The notes: generated by a model from the letters alone, not told the origin. A DNA stretch of 56,476 nucleotides, filler included, from Sphacelaria rigidula (GCA_964200075.2; 5 parts of 5 records of this genome joined end to end with filler, not necessarily neighbours in it); one strand, 5' to 3'. Counted from the whole stretch's first letter, positions 12,311 to 25,962 are shown. Numbers and translations are program-made.

Positions 12311-12572
12311 CCTACAACATAAAATATATACGCTTCCTTGAGCTAACACGGCTGTCGTTAATCCATGGAAGCTCCTCCTCAACGAATTATGGTGGGAGAC
12401 TTCGTAGGGCAGCATCGCGTACGTTCGTTCTGCCCCCCTCCCCTCCCTGAGAAGGAGAATCGGTACTTCGCTGCCGTCACATGGCGGGGGGCTGTACCTC
12501 CATATCGACCGCCGTTTGGCATCAACTGCCGAAAACGTGAAACGTCATGACCGTTGGGTGTCTCGGACGAAT

Positions 12573-12950
12573 TGTTATTTATCAATGTATCATCGTTTCC
12601 GTACATTATTCGGATCTCTCGAACCCGTGGTTACAAACGCAGGCTCGTCTTTCCAATACCGCCCCTGCTATTCCTTGCAAGACATGGGTTTCTCGTCGTG
12701 TGTCTGCAGACTTCACACAAGAAAAAATATATACAAACAAAACAACACAACATTTTAAGGCGAAGAGATACGCCAAAAAAAACAGATAAGAACCGCAGTA
12801 GCTTCCCGCGAGTGTATCGGGTGGAAAAAATAAAATCCAAACCTGCTACCAGAGCGTACAGAACAAATAAAAAGAGAAAGATACAAGTAAATAGAGGACA
12901 ATCTACAACAGCAACAAACCACCACGCTTCAATCCCCCCAAAACACAATA
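12573..12950 (-). mobile_element. 3' end of a LINE/SINE related to the 3826-8545 LINE
   Basis: atctctcgaacccgtggt.acaaacg..ggctcg...accgccc.tgctattcc.t.caagacat..cagacttca shared between ~12614-12715 and ~3863-3969; followed by an A-rich 3' UTR-like tract. Confidence 0.75.
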
Positions 12951-13024
12951 CTGTAGTGCAATTCACAGGATGTAGAATTTGTAACCCCGTGCGCACGTCA
13001 CCTCCACAGACAGCGTTTATCTAA

Positions 13025-15083
13025 TTACTTGTCCTGGATATATGTAACTTCCATGTCCACGATATTTCGGTGCGCCTTGCACAATGCCACCATCTTCTCA
13101 ATGAGCTTGAATCCCTCTGCCCCACCGTGCTTTCGCTTCAACTCCTCCAAGTCAGCACCGCCTAGTAACGCATAGGTGCGGCGGTAATCCCTCGTGCGCC
13201 GAGCAAACCTTGGAATCCGGCCTAGGATGAGAATCGTCTCCGTGTTCAGCGCTTTCAGCATGTTATTTTTCAAATTTTTAGGCTCCTCGTCGTTGATCCT
13301 TCGCCGAAACTCAATCTTCCCCTTTCCCCAAGAATACTCGATACCTACCCCTGCCAACTCCGGGTGGCATTTCGGTGACATAATCAGTATATGCCCGCGA
13401 CTCTCGAATACATGCTGCAGCGCAGTCCTCTCCTCTTTGGAATCTGGGCAGTCCCCCAGAACGGTAAATGTGTTCTTGCCACTTATAGGGTTCGCCGAAC
13501 CCGCCATGCCATCTTCCCATAACCCCCTCTCCCACAGCATCTGGCGAACTCCCTTCGGCTTGCCCTCGTATCCGATGATAGGTTCATCCAGCGTCTTGGG
13601 CGTTTTCCTCCCGCCCTTGCCCACAGCACACACTCGTCGGGTTTGTTGTGGCCGTCGGTGTAGTAAGTCTGAGACGCGCGGTCATACACACAATCCGCAC
13701 GCTTCATCCACGAGTGCACCAAGCCCCACGAAACGGGCGTTACTATGCCGTACACGTCCTTCATCTTTGCAGCGTCCATGTTGGTGTGCGTTTTAGTGAG
13801 AAGCTAGGTGTTCACGTAGTTGACGACCTTCGATACGGTCAAGCGCTCCTCTGTTTTCAAGTGCATCAGCAACGTGTGCAAGAGGTCGTCCTCGGTGAGG
13901 ATCCATTCCTTGCGCGCTGCGCCTCTCTCATCTAATTTGAAGTACCCCAGTTTGTTGAACTGGTTGTACCAAGCGAGCACCGTCTCGGCAGTGATACTAC
14001 CATGGCGGCGTGCTGAATCAGAAGCGATCGCCGGCATCGAATACGCTTCCCGCACCCTCTTCATTTCCTCCAGCCCTCCCTCTATTGCTTCGTTGCACCC
14101 GGCGGCCCCCAACAAGTCGGCAGCAGCCAACGCCTTCTTCGCCACGTCCGACTCATCTCTGTGTCGCCGCGCTAGGGCCTCCAGCACCTTCATCGTAGTG
14201 CGGGCCTGTTCGCCCACACGGCCGATCTGGTGGGCTGAGCAGTCGTTGATGGACATCTTCCTCGCCTCGTGTGCCGCGAGGGCGGCGTCAGCAGCTGTCC
14301 TCACTTGAGCGGCACAGTCTCCATCCCCCGACATGTTGAGTTTTTTCCTGGACTCCTTTTCAAATTTCGCAACCGCGGCGCGGGCTGCGTCCTGCTGTGT
14401 GACTGCTGCGTTCTCGGCGGCCTTTGCGACATCATCAGTTATCTTGGCACTGGTGGCTGCTTGTTCCCACTCCACTCGCGCCTTTGTTGCGGCCACTACC
14501 TTCGGGTGGGTGGTTGTATCATCGGTGCGCGGTATAGCGAAACACGGTTCGGCGTCCGCTGCCAGTAGCTGATACGTCGCCTCCGCCGCGTAAGCTTCCC
14601 TTTTGTCCTCCTCGGCTTTATTGCGCGCAGCATCTGCTTCAACGGCGGAGACGGAAGCGCGATCCAATGCGTCCGCCGCAAGCTTTGCGGCGAGTATTTC
14701 GGGAGGGTCCGACACGTTGACTTCGTGTGCAGCTGCGTTTGGTAGAGACGGCGGCTGTTCTTGAGGCTCCAACAGTTGTATCGCCAGCCCCCTGCTAATC
14801 GTTGAAAAAATCACCGCCACCTTTTCGTCTTCCTCTTCAGCATCCTTCTACAACTGTTCTACCCGCCTCTCCATGTAACCCCTGCGAAAGCGATGTCTTC
14901 GATCGGGGGCCGCCTTTCTTCTCCACGGATGTACACCTCGGGCGAGCCCGGCGTGTCGCAGCCTGTTGCAGCGTAGTCGCATTGCATCTTTGGCAAGCTT
15001 CCGTAGTCCCCTCAGCGCCCTCGCACGGGCTATTTTCAGTTTCACCGCACAGGGACGAGAAGTCTCGTGATTTGTCTTGGGAT
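13025..15083 (-). pseudogene. IS630/Tc1-mariner-like (DDE_3 family) transposase, disrupted and internally deleted
   Basis: TVLAWYNQF..ERG..WILTEDDL..VVNYVN and VSWGLVHSWMKRADCVY..YYTDGHNKPD, then PKGVRQMLWERGL..RGHILIMSPKCHPELAGVGIEYSWG..RFARRTRDYRRTY. Premature stops are present, and the region expected to carry the first two catalytic Asp residues is missing. Confidence 0.82.
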
Positions 15084-16865
15084 CTGATAATTATGTGGTG
15101 AAACGCACGACAGATCCGAGTGCACAAACAACTCGTTAGCACACGTTTGTACAGCAGGGAACGCGCGTCTTGCTTGAGAAACGCAATGGCTACAAACCCT
15201 AACCCTTGGTACACGAGAGTAGTGTGCGCGAATCAGTACAGTTCATAACGCATGCATCACAACAGAAAGGAACACGTGTTTGTTACGCACTCGCGGTGGA
15301 AGGCACGACACAGACCATCGCAAAGTATTGACATCGCACGTACGACGGCGCACAAGCTACCACACGTGGTGGTGTAAAACAGCTCGGTTTTGCACGCTCA
15401 ACTACTCGACTACAGAGGGTGACGGCCGAAAAGGGCGGCATTCAACAGGTCTTCTGGAGAGCTTTTCCAAAACGTATCATGTTACTGTACTGTAGGAACG
15501 GGGCGCTCTTGGTGGCGGATTCATTCATCTTTGAACCCGTTGGGTATATATACCGTCACCCACAGTTCCTTCTCTTCCGTTATAGTTGTGATGGAACACG
15601 CATCTTATGTTTCGATTGCATCCACAGCACCGTGCGCGCGGCACAGTTGCAGGGGAAAAAATCAGCGGGCGTGCAACAGCCTGCGTACACAGATATGGTT
15701 GCTGTACTTGTACCTTTCCATCTCTGCAGAATGTACAGCATTTGTTGACCTCTGTGTACTGTACAGCGCCTGTACTATACTGCTTTCAACGTGCATTGCC
15801 CCACTACCAAGACGGCGCCACCGTCGAAAAGGGCGAAGATAGGATGGTATTATGGGGATCTTTTCAACAACGCGTCTTGTGGTATTCGGACGCTCTCGGT
15901 GGAGAAGCCAACAAGATCTTTGCATCATGAGGGTGTCATACACCGTCATCGACGGTGCATTGCACCGCACAGCACTTGTGTCCCACTTGTCCTGTATCTG
16001 CAGCAGTCGACAGCAGCTTGTGCACAACACAGGTGAAGCAAAAAACGCTAGCTGTACTTGCACACTCACTTCTCTGCGGATTCCACAGCGCAATTAGTCC
16101 CCTGTGTACTGTACGGCAGCGATCGCAATCTACTGTGGCGTGCGTACCCGTGCAGACTGCTGCAGCTGTTGCTGTACTGTACAGTATTGCACCGCAACTT
16201 GTGCACCGCAGGTTGTCCACAACAACAGTGCGCTCACCATTTGCAGGAGAGAGGCTCATCCTCCTCGGCTTCTCCAGCCCGTGTGTCCAGTTCTCTGCGT
16301 CCGCGAGCGCATCTGCCCGCGTTTCGTACTTGTACGAGGTGTCTCTTCTTGCACCAACGCCGTATGTTCGCGCGCAGGACGTGCACTTCAGTTTCAAGCG
16401 CTTCGTTTTTTTGTCTTGCACCGCCCCCACAGATGTCACTTTGCGCTTTGGAGCGGGCATATTGCTGTCTAAAGCTTGTAGTGCGCTCATGTGTCGGCTC
16501 TGACTGCGTACCACGCCCATGTGTGCAGGTGCGTACAGGCACGCAGCAGCACATTACACCTCAACTGTGCAGCACGAGCGATAGTCCCGCTGCCAAATCT
16601 AACAGAAAACGCGGCGGAACTGTTTTCGTCATCTCCGTTTCGGAGATTCCTGCTTATTCTTGAAATATTTGAAGGGCGCTGATTGGTCGAGACACTTTTT
16701 CGTCTATAGCGCCACCGCTCCGGCCTCAATAAAAAATCTGGCTATGTGACCCTCTTCGTCTAATCTTTGCGGTCAGTATGATACCAGATATGCGGCTGTT
16801 GGGTAAGTATCGCGGAAGGCATTTGCTGATGACACAATTTTGGGTGATGAGCGTGAACCAGCCTG
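13025..16865 (-). mobile_element. DNA transposon carrying the above transposase; one terminus visible
   Basis: Terminus ...GTGAACCAGCCTG|TA at 16865; the same ~200-bp terminal segment with the same |TA boundary recurs at 23225-23428. The opposite terminus was not found. Confidence 0.65.
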
Positions 16866-17351
16866 TACTAGTATATTACATGGGCACAAACAACGTGCTT
16901 TCTCCTCTGATTGTGGTCTCTTCCCCGCATGCCTGACCCCTTTTGTGTTGCCAGCATAGCCTCACACTGTAGCGTTGCAGTGGAACACTAAGCAGGGATA
17001 CCAGCAGCGTGCAGTAGACTGTATTCAGTGGAGAGCGATAGTGCGCTGAATGTTTCTTGCCGTTGTATCCAGCGAAGTCATACAAGATACACACTGACAC
17101 TGCACGCACTTTACTGGAGGGTGAAAAACGGCCAGGGATTCTTCTGTACTGTTTTCTATACATATGTTCATGTTCATGAAAAAAAGCGTTTTGTGAAGTG
17201 AAAAAGCACAGCTGTTTTGAACCCCAAATGTGGCACAGTCCATCTGAAGGGGGTTCTCAGTCTTGAAGTCAAAGTCTGTACGAAACTCCTTCACAATGAA
17301 ATCAGCAGGTAGCGCTGCTTCTTAGTGTGAACATTCCAAGGGCGTATTGGG

Positions 17352-17739
17352 TAGGGTATGTAATCTCAAGTACCCCAGCAAAATACCCGGGTATTTACTG
17401 TACCCAGGGTTGGGCAGGTTGGGTACGGCCTCAACTACGCTGCCCAAGGTTTGGGTAGATTAGCTACGACTTCCAATACTCTACCCGATTCTTGGGCAAG
17501 CACTCTCAGCAAGTCCCGATATAGAGTATCACTTGGGAATGATCCCAGAATTTTCGGTGAATACTCTCAGCAATACCGGAGTACTGAGTATCGCTTCGGT
17601 ATGACCTCAATACTCTACCCGAATGATTTAGGTAGATTGAGTAAGGTTTCAAGTACTCTACCCGAATGATTTGGGTAGATTGGGTAAGGTTTCAAGTACT
17701 CTTACCCAAATGATTTGGTGAGTAATATCAGCAACCCTG
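17352..17739. mobile_element. hAT-like MITE rich in TACCC/GGGTA motifs
   Basis: Ends TAGGGT...ACCCTG; many TACCC/GGGTA/TACTC motifs; internal 43-bp tandem (x2.5) at 17611-17717; TSD not exact. Confidence 0.5.
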
Positions 17740-18317
17740 AGCGTTGGTGACTTCGTGACGTCACCTCACAGACTACCTTGACTGTTGAGTGAATGATCAC
17801 CACCGGCAAAAGAGCGTGTAGTTCCATCGCTCCGCACATTACAATTCCCAATTGTGGCCAGATTTCGGTTTTCAGCATAGAGCATCCACCACCTTCTTGC
17901 GTGAGTATGAATTGACGGGTGAGGGAGTGAAAAGTGAGCGACAATGCGGACCACGCTACCGAAACTACTGCAGAAAATGCAGTAAGTACACTGTAGTAGA
18001 GGGCAACACAGATATAGGTCGGAATGGGGGGCCTAACGACCAAATATTAAATATCCTCCGGGAACAAAAACTAAAAATAAAACGCGGAGGAATAATGAAC
18101 ACTTCAGTAGGTGGTCGCACCTGTGCCGAGGCCCTCACGAACAGAACACAGGCTCAATTACTTTTCAAGTTTGTTTAGTATCGGACAGCTGTAGCAGTTG
18201 AGATCGCGCGGTTCTGGACACAGGAAGCTAGCCGACCCACGGCACTTCACAGCCCCACGTACACACACAACAGCTAGGAAATATGTCACACATTTTCACG
18301 GGTCGAACGAATACATG

Positions 18318-18549
18318 GATTCGTCTGGGAATTACTCGATTTGAGTGTCATTGATTCGTACCGTGCAAATCAATCCTTGGGCTTTGTTTTCAGCGTTGCA
18401 ACCCAGGTACGCACAGCCCAGGCACGCGGAATGGCGCAAAAGTTGCGTGGGAACCTTTTTGACCATCGGTCGACTTTTGTTCCTCTTTCAAGCAATCAGG
18501 CCTGAAAAATCGTGGATTTGGTAATTCGAACCGGCGATGCTTCGTCCGA
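18318..18549 (+). repeat. Dispersed repeat, copy 1 (copy 2 at 40398-40635)
   Basis: ~230-bp colinear match including tttgttttcagcgttgca and agcaatcaggcctgaaaaatcgtg.atttggt.attcgaaccggcgatg.ttcgtccgaa. Confidence 0.88.
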
Positions 18550-18849
18550 ATCGTGCACATTTTGCTCTCGTCGCGACAGCGGACCGGGAAACTCCCCCCG
18601 AAGCCGAAAACAACTCATGTTTATATATTTGGGTTTATGACGGCTTCGTGACACGCGCGAACGAAAAAAAGAAACAAAGCGACCTAGCTTGGGTGTGTGG
18701 GAAGCGCACGCAAGAAACCGCAATCCAATCCTCAGCATTGTTGCCGGGATTTGAGCGTTGCGCGATGGGCACTTTTGGGTTGAGGATCCCTCGCGTCTTT
18801 CGAAGTGGAAGATGGCAAAATCCAAAAAATCGGTGCGCGTATTTTTTTC

Positions 18850-19880
18850 TTGCCGCGAGTAAGTTGTGACGACATGCAGTTTGGTTGCGTGCCACTAGGC
18901 GCTGCTTTGGTTTTTGCGAATGTGCACGAAGGGTAATTTCACCTTTCAACAGCGAGTATCCTTTCAAGTGTCGAATTGCAGAGGGAGAGGTCACAGGAGA
19001 AAGACAAAGCTGGCGGCTGCTTCGTGTCAGAGGGCTCCACTGAAAAACCCAAGGCGTCGAGAGCGATTCTAGTATGTGCACTACATTACATCTGCTGGTG
19101 ACAGCGATCATGTGTTTAGTAACTGTCTGTATATACTAGTATAAGAATAAGATGCAAACTATGCGACCTTTGACAAGCTTCGTTTTAGGCTGGGTGTTTC
19201 TTTTCTTGCGGCGAGTAATCTGCATGACGGCATTTCGCTTTGTGGCGTGCCGCCAGGTGCTGCTTCGTTCTGTACGGCTGTGCACAAGGGGCGAATTCGC
19301 CTTTCGAAAGCGAGTACCCCTCACGTACTGAATTGCAGAGGGCGAGGTCACACATGAGCTTAGGTTTTTGTGTCACGGGGTCCCAGCGGAGGAGCCAAGG
19401 CGAGAAGAGAGATCTTTATTTTCGGCTACAGGCTGACCATGTATGACCAAGTCGGCGGAGCCACGATGTTTCAAGTGACTGCCTGTACATTCTGCAAACA
19501 ATATGTAAACCATGCGCTTTACGCTAAGTTGCATCTTCGACCAAATGTTTTTTGGCAGCAATCAATGTCATGACATTTGCTTCGGCGGCGGTCTGCCATG
19601 TGCTGCCCTGTTCTGTAGGGATGTGCACAAAGGACAACCTCACGTATCATGAGCGAATGCGCTTTCATCCCTTGACTTGAACAAGACGAATTCACAGATG
19701 AAATACGGCTCTCGCGGCAGACGGTTTCGAGACAGAACCCAAGGCGTCTAGATGAGCGATTTTAATTTTCGACGACGCACTGGCCATGTATGACCGGGTC
19801 GGCAGAGCCACGATGTTTCAGGTGATTGCCTGTACATACTGCAAAGAATATGTAAACTCTGCGACTTTAGCCAACTTCCT
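18850..19880. repeat. Degenerate tandem repeat, ~350-bp unit, 3 copies
   Basis: tgtgcac..aggg..aatt and gaattgcagaggg.gaggtcaca recur; ccatgtatgacc..gtcggc.gagccacgatgtttca at 19437 and 19784. Confidence 0.8.
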
Positions 19881-22533
19881 GCTTGAACGGGACACTATAC
19901 AGGCGGGAAGGAGCGCAGTCGGTGACTAACCAATTCATCACATTCGAGAACGTCGCCCCCTCCCATATCACCATCCACCTCGTCTCTGCCAGCCTCACAA
20001 TTCTTCGTCACATTTGTCCAACTTCGTCCCTCACTAGATTTTGAAAGTAGGGGGAGAATTGACGTCGAAGATGTTGATATGGACAGAGTGTACCAGACCG
20101 TGCCCAAGCGACCGACAAAATGGGATTCCTCTAACTCATGCCATGACCCTGCCCCCATACGGCCCATGAAAAAGTCTTTCTCCAACCCTGCAATCATAGC
20201 TATGTGTAGGACATGCAGCGCGCAGCCAATTCACACAGCGTGAGCCTCTTGATCGTCAACATCAACATCGTTCTCAGTAGTTTCCACATGCGCGACGCTG
20301 CTGCTCACAGTCTCCAGTTTTCCGTTCTTTCTCGTTCTAGCATCATGTCAGGCACGACTTTCACTGCAGTTACGTTGGTTTTTTGTGGCGGCCACAACTA
20401 CTGTTGCTTGTGTTCTTGTCTCGTTATCTTTGTAACGGCGGTAAACATGGGGTGGCAGCTCGGGGGCGTGTGCTTCCCTAGTAGTACAGCAGCTGGACAC
20501 TAGTGCAACAAGAGCCGCCACCCACTGATGACCTGGAGCGAGTTATCCGGAGGAACAATATCATCTCAACACCGACCACTCACAGGCTTCGGGATATGTA
20601 CTACATTTACAGTAAATTTTATATGAATCAGGTCGTTGTTTTTAAGTGACACATGTATTTTTACTGATATGATTCGCTCGATTACGGTCCAGTTCTTACG
20701 CATATAGCGTTCAGGGAGCAATTTCCCGAAATATAGTACCCAAAGTTGGCCCCCATTCCCACCCATCACAGTACTGTCTGTACAAAAATACAAAAGTACA
20801 AAGTAGTAAGGTGAATCTTACGCATATGCTGTACTGCTTGTACGTTTTCTGTCCTGTACTGCACTGCAGTGTGCTAGACTGCACTGTCTAGAGTAGTCTC
20901 GGCAGCTTGTGGTGTCTGATACGTATACTTGTGAAGCGAAGAAAGAATACGACATCGAGAAACGCTCTTGCATGTTGCAAACGGGTTATCTATTTTATTA
21001 TATATCGGGAGATATGGCTGAAACAATAACACATACTAGATTCGATACATCGCATTAGATGCATCACATCTGAACTGAGCAGCCTTGTTGTGAGATTTGT
21101 GCCTTGAAATTCGGTACTGAGGGCGTGTCTTCGTACATTTTTTTTTCGATCGATGAAGTGCGGTCGATTTTTTTTCGCCGATCTTACAGGTCCACCGCAC
21201 TCATGTTCCCAGAAGGTTTCGACTCAAAATTATAATTAGCGACGCGCGGAGAAGAATGCAACGAGGTAAAAAACAACCGTTTTCGATCGAAAACATGCGG
21301 TCGAAAGGCACGAAGCGGCACTTGACTCCTACCTCACAGACCACCACGCCTAATAACACCTGTTCACAGGACCATGCGAACTCCATCCAACTCATTCTCA
21401 GCTACCACCGCAACCCTGCAGCACAGAGCACGAGTTGAGCACAGAGATAGATACACTGCAGTAGTCGGGTGTGCTTTGTCTATTTTTTGTTGGCGAAAAC
21501 TTGCGCATTTTCTCTCATGGTAGGCATCAGCGACGGAACTGCGTGGTACGGTGGGCAACCGAGTTGTGTGCACTCTCATGGACAGCACCGGCAGTACAAA
21601 GCTGCACGTTGCCGAAGTCTTCTTCACGTCGCATTGTAAGCAGAGAGAACTGATAGTCCTGGGCTGTCTGCATTGCACGTTGCCCGCTTCTCCTTTATAT
21701 ACTCCTGCGCGAAACACGCGCGCACGCACCCAAGACACCCTGGTTGCAAGCAGTGCAGACAGTACAGGGTGCCTGTACTGTGCACGAGTGACCATGTGCC
21801 GTTTCACGAATTCCACTGCCTTTTTTGGATCGAAAGCTTGCACACGTCGGACAGCTCATGAGCTATCTAAATATTACTTCTTATTAGTGTGCTGATCCGG
21901 ATCACGAGCTAGCTCATGTGATCGTTTTTTCTATATTTTCTCCCTAGAGCGCTGGACACTGAGCACGCGGAGAAGCGTAAAGGTAGCGCTTTGGCTTCTC
22001 GGGCCCTGCTGTCACGTAATTTGTGTTTTTGGATGAGCAATCTGAGAGTCCCCTCCGATTTGTTATTCTCGGTAGCTCATGAGCTGTCTGACGTGTGAAA
22101 GCTTGAAAATCCATCTGGATCCAACTGCATCAAGAGCGATAAAATTTCGCTCAAATCGATTCCACGGCCCCATTTTTTCGATCGAAGAGAAAAGTGCCAA
22201 GACAGGCCTTGATGAGGACGTGTGGTGGCACATTTTTTCCCGATCGAAAAAGTGCCGTGGGGAAAGAAAAAAATCGATGTGAAAGGTGAACCACATTTCA
22301 ACTCGTAGTTGGCTTCAACTATTTTTATAACTAGTGGCACCCGGAAAAGGTAAAAACCAATAAAGCTACAGACGTGGGCGGTTCAAGTGTTTGTTGTGTG
22401 ATATTTTGTGATTCTTTCGTAACTGGCGATTTTCTTGGGCTCTTTTCGCTTGCCACCGCTCATTGTTATGTCGGGTGTGTGTTATCGTCCCACATATGCT
22501 GGGCGGCGTTCTAAACCTTTGGTGCTATGTGGG

Positions 22534-22633
22534 NNNNNNNNNNNNNNNNNNNNNNNNNNNNNNNNNNNNNNNNNNNNTTAATTAATTAANNNNNNNNNNN
22601 NNNNNNNNNNNNNNNNNNNNNNNNNNNNNNNNN
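22534..22633. other. Artificial contig-joining linker
   Basis: N44-TTAATTAATTAA-N44. Confidence 0.97.
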
Positions 22634-23224
22634 GCCCTTGTCCCCTGGTCATCATCCAGGATCCTACATGCTACATTTACTACGCCTTGGTGTATTTTGG
22701 CTACAAATTTCACGTCAAGGAAGGAAAAATTGTATGAGATTTTCGAGTTTCTCCACCAAAAGTTGTACATGTGTTCCTTGGACCATCCTGGGACGCATCA
22801 TGTTATTATTTTTTCTCTTGAGTAATTCTGTACCGCCTTTCGGGGGTCTCTGTACTGGGACCCCCGGAAGCCGTCAGAGAACGGAGAAACTCTCAACCCT
22901 TGCCAATAACACAATTTTTCCATTTGAAGCATCAATACCTATGGAACTGCCAAGTTTGAGGATGATCGGAGCTTTTCTACAACAGATCTAAGGGAATCGT
23001 CACGAGGCTCCCTGAGTCTTTCCTGCGTATCATGAGTGGGAATTAGACGACACCAAACTCCACATCACCGGAACATTATGGTTTCGGGTATAATTCGACC
23101 CCGTTGGAATCGTTTTCAAATTCGTTTCTCCCGTTAGATTCCTGAGGTGATGGAGGTCACTACGATTTGAAGCATGTGGGAATCCGGTGGAAATTGGACT
23201 TGGAATTCGTATTGTCAATTTCGG

Positions 23225-23428
23225 AACAGTTTGAAAGGTGCTGATTGGTCGAGACACATTTTTGTCCATAGCGCCACCGCTATAGCCTTACAAAAAAATC
23301 CAGCTATATCACCTTGTTCGTCTGTTCATTGTGGTCAGTATGATACCATGTATGCGACAATTGGGTGCGTATTGCAGAAGGCATATGCTGATGACAGTTT
23401 TTTTTTTTTTTTCCAGTGAACCAGCCTG
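23225..23428. mobile_element. Second copy of the Tc1/IS630-like element terminus
   Basis: Aligns with ~16665-16865 (gctgattggtcgagacac..tagcgccaccgct..ggtcagtatgatacca..gtgaaccagcctg|ta). Confidence 0.8.
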
Positions 23429-25962
23429 TACAGTATCGTCGAAAGTGTCTTATGTTGACCTTATTTTTTGGAGCGCTTTTGACGCAGGCGTTTTTCTCAG
23501 TACCCTAGTGGGCTAGGGGGTCCAAAACACGCGAGAAATCGCCTCAAAACAATATAATGTTTTTTTTCGAGATCAAATTTTGCAGTTTTCTCGACACCAT
23601 CGACAAGGATATACTTCGTACATGGGACGGGCAGCAGGCAGAAGCATGTGATGTGAGTACAGCTCTCGATCAGTGCCTAGTTTGTGCTTTGAATAGTCGG
23701 ACCGTGTGGTTCACAAAACACAATAACATGCAGTATTGATTCTGCTCGCCAATGATCCATTTTCCCTCTGGTTTCTGCGTTAAAAAACAAATTATGTTCC
23801 AAAGCCGGCTTGGAGTGCTCAAGGCGCCTGTCGGGCTATGGAATCATGGCCCAACTCAAATGAGCAGTATCTGCACAGATATAAATGCAAGCCAATTAGC
23901 GAGCTGTAACCCAGCTTACTTTCCTTCATGGCTGAAGACCGAGCACGCGGTAAGATGGGGTGAAATCCACGCCGGGACTTCTCTGACCCGTGGGAAGTTC
24001 GAGCAAAATAGGTCCCGTATTTTCCGGCAAACTTTTCTGGTGAGCTAATTTTTTGGCGCGGAGGATCACGGATATGCCCTTTGTCCCTCCTGAATGAAAA
24101 CAAGCCACAGAGGTGCACGCTTCGTGGTGAAGTTACTTTTGCCATCTTACGAAGTACGCCCTGCGGGATTTTTCGTCAATGCCATGTATAGCATTGTTAC
24201 AAGTAGAGAGTACAAGCTGAACCGGTCAAGAATCCCATTTTTTGTCGGATGGTGACACCTTCCGAACGGCACACGGTCTTAAGGTCACCTGAGCACAAAC
24301 TTGTATATCGCCTCGAGAAGGCGGTCACCCACAGCCGTCCTGATAATTATGGGAAAATCGGCCAAGTTGGTGTTGTGAAACTCGCGCCTCTGTGTTCGCA
24401 CTATTTTGGTACGTCAGGTTTTATCCCTTGGACAGCGAGAGTTGGTGATCTGTTGAACCGACATCAATTTCACTTGAAAAAAAACGAAGTATGACCCAGG
24501 TGGACCACCCTCGCGGTCTCAGGGTTAAGTGTTGCTCTTCTAAGAATGTTTAAGAAGTACTTATTCCGAATTTTCAACTTTTTTTTTTCTCCCTTTAATT
24601 CTCGGGGTGTACCGTGTGATTCCCAAGGCGAGGAGGAAGGCATTGGACGTCACTTTCCGTGATCTATCGTCGGTCGGAATTCCATCACCGAAATCCTGTA
24701 CGGGTACCACGTATTGTACTCAAAGTTTGTGTGAAGAGCGATCTTGGTGCAAATATCGCTACGCACGGCTCACTTTCTCGAGATGGGGCTTGAAAATTCG
24801 ACACGTATTATGCAAGGCACTCGCCAGTCCACCGCCAGTTTGATATTTCCGGCAAACGATAGGTCCGGGTATACCCGGGTGTTTGTCGGCCACAAAGAGG
24901 TGTAGGATTTTCATCACAGTACAGATGCCTGAATTCACTGTCAAGTGATTGACCGCATTCGCTGCATACCTGGTCGTGGCGAGATGGGCCACAGGTGTAC
25001 CTGAGGTTTTCCTCCCCCTCAGAAACCTATTCCTGAACGGGCTAATGCACCTGAATTTGGCGGAAATTGTACCTGTTTGTGACTCTCTTCCAACAGTCGC
25101 GAAACAGCGATGATCGTACTCTCTCGAGTTCCTGCCACACAAGATACACTCGTCCAAGAGTATGACATGTATTCCGATCTGCGAACGAAGTTCGACTCTT
25201 GTTGCGTGCGAAGGGTTCGGCCACCGAGAGTTTGCCCATGTTGATGCGGGAACCCGTCTTACACCGAAACACCTATTAAGGTTGGACCCTCCCCCTTTTT
25301 TGTCTGGTCGAATTCGGTAACTCAATTCCTCTTGACTATTTCTTGCTGTCGAGGAGCGGTGGCATGGCGTGTGCGTATGTACTACAGGTGAAATGTGTTT
25401 ATGTGACCCGCAGCGATTTCGGCCAACAGGCTCAGGTTAAGCCGCAGTTGGTGGTCGGCTATGGTAGTTGCTGGCGACCCGCTATACGCGTGAAGCCCGC
25501 TACTGTACTGCGTTTCTTATCCGCTGACGGCCAGGATTCGGCTTTGTTTGGCTGTTTCTTGTCTTGCGATTGATTTCGATCTCTTCTTCTTGGGCGACTT
25601 CCTTTCTCTTCGAGGCAAGACTTACTTCGCCATCTCCACGTTTCGTAGTAGCAGACCGGATCTTCACATTCTCCTTGACTGCATACGCGACACGCAAGAT
25701 GGCTTAGGGTTGCTATTGATAATACTTCTTTTTCAAACAAAAAAAAAACGGAATTTTTCCCGACTTTTTACAAACAAAATGCTGAAAAGAATTCCAACTC
25801 CCAGATTTATCGAGTGATTTGTGATCAGTCGTAGATTGTCCAATTCTCTGACCTGGTTGAGACACCTGCTGCAATATATTTTGCGGAAGTTCTCTTTTCC
25901 AAAATAGTAAAAACAGTCTGTGAAAAATCAGCCCCGCTAATAATGACCCTTTCACCAGCAAA

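Noticed and set aside
14822-14840. CTGAAGA-ggaagac-GAAA minimal hammerhead on the minus strand
   Set aside because: Explained by the codons for DAEEEDEK in the transposase frame; no flanking stems.
12310-16865. Fanzor/TnpB next to the IS630/Tc1-like transposase
   Set aside because: No RuvC motifs or CxxC..DRD zinc-finger/RuvC-III signature in any listed ORF; the 3' side of the element is truncated by a retroposon end.
24490-24528. piggyBac-like terminus (...AGGG|TTAA)
   Set aside because: No matching opposite terminus or transposase in this contig.
24759-25325. Walker-B-like IHVILLDE suggesting a PIF1/Helitron helicase
   Set aside because: No Walker A or GDxxQLxPV motif nearby.
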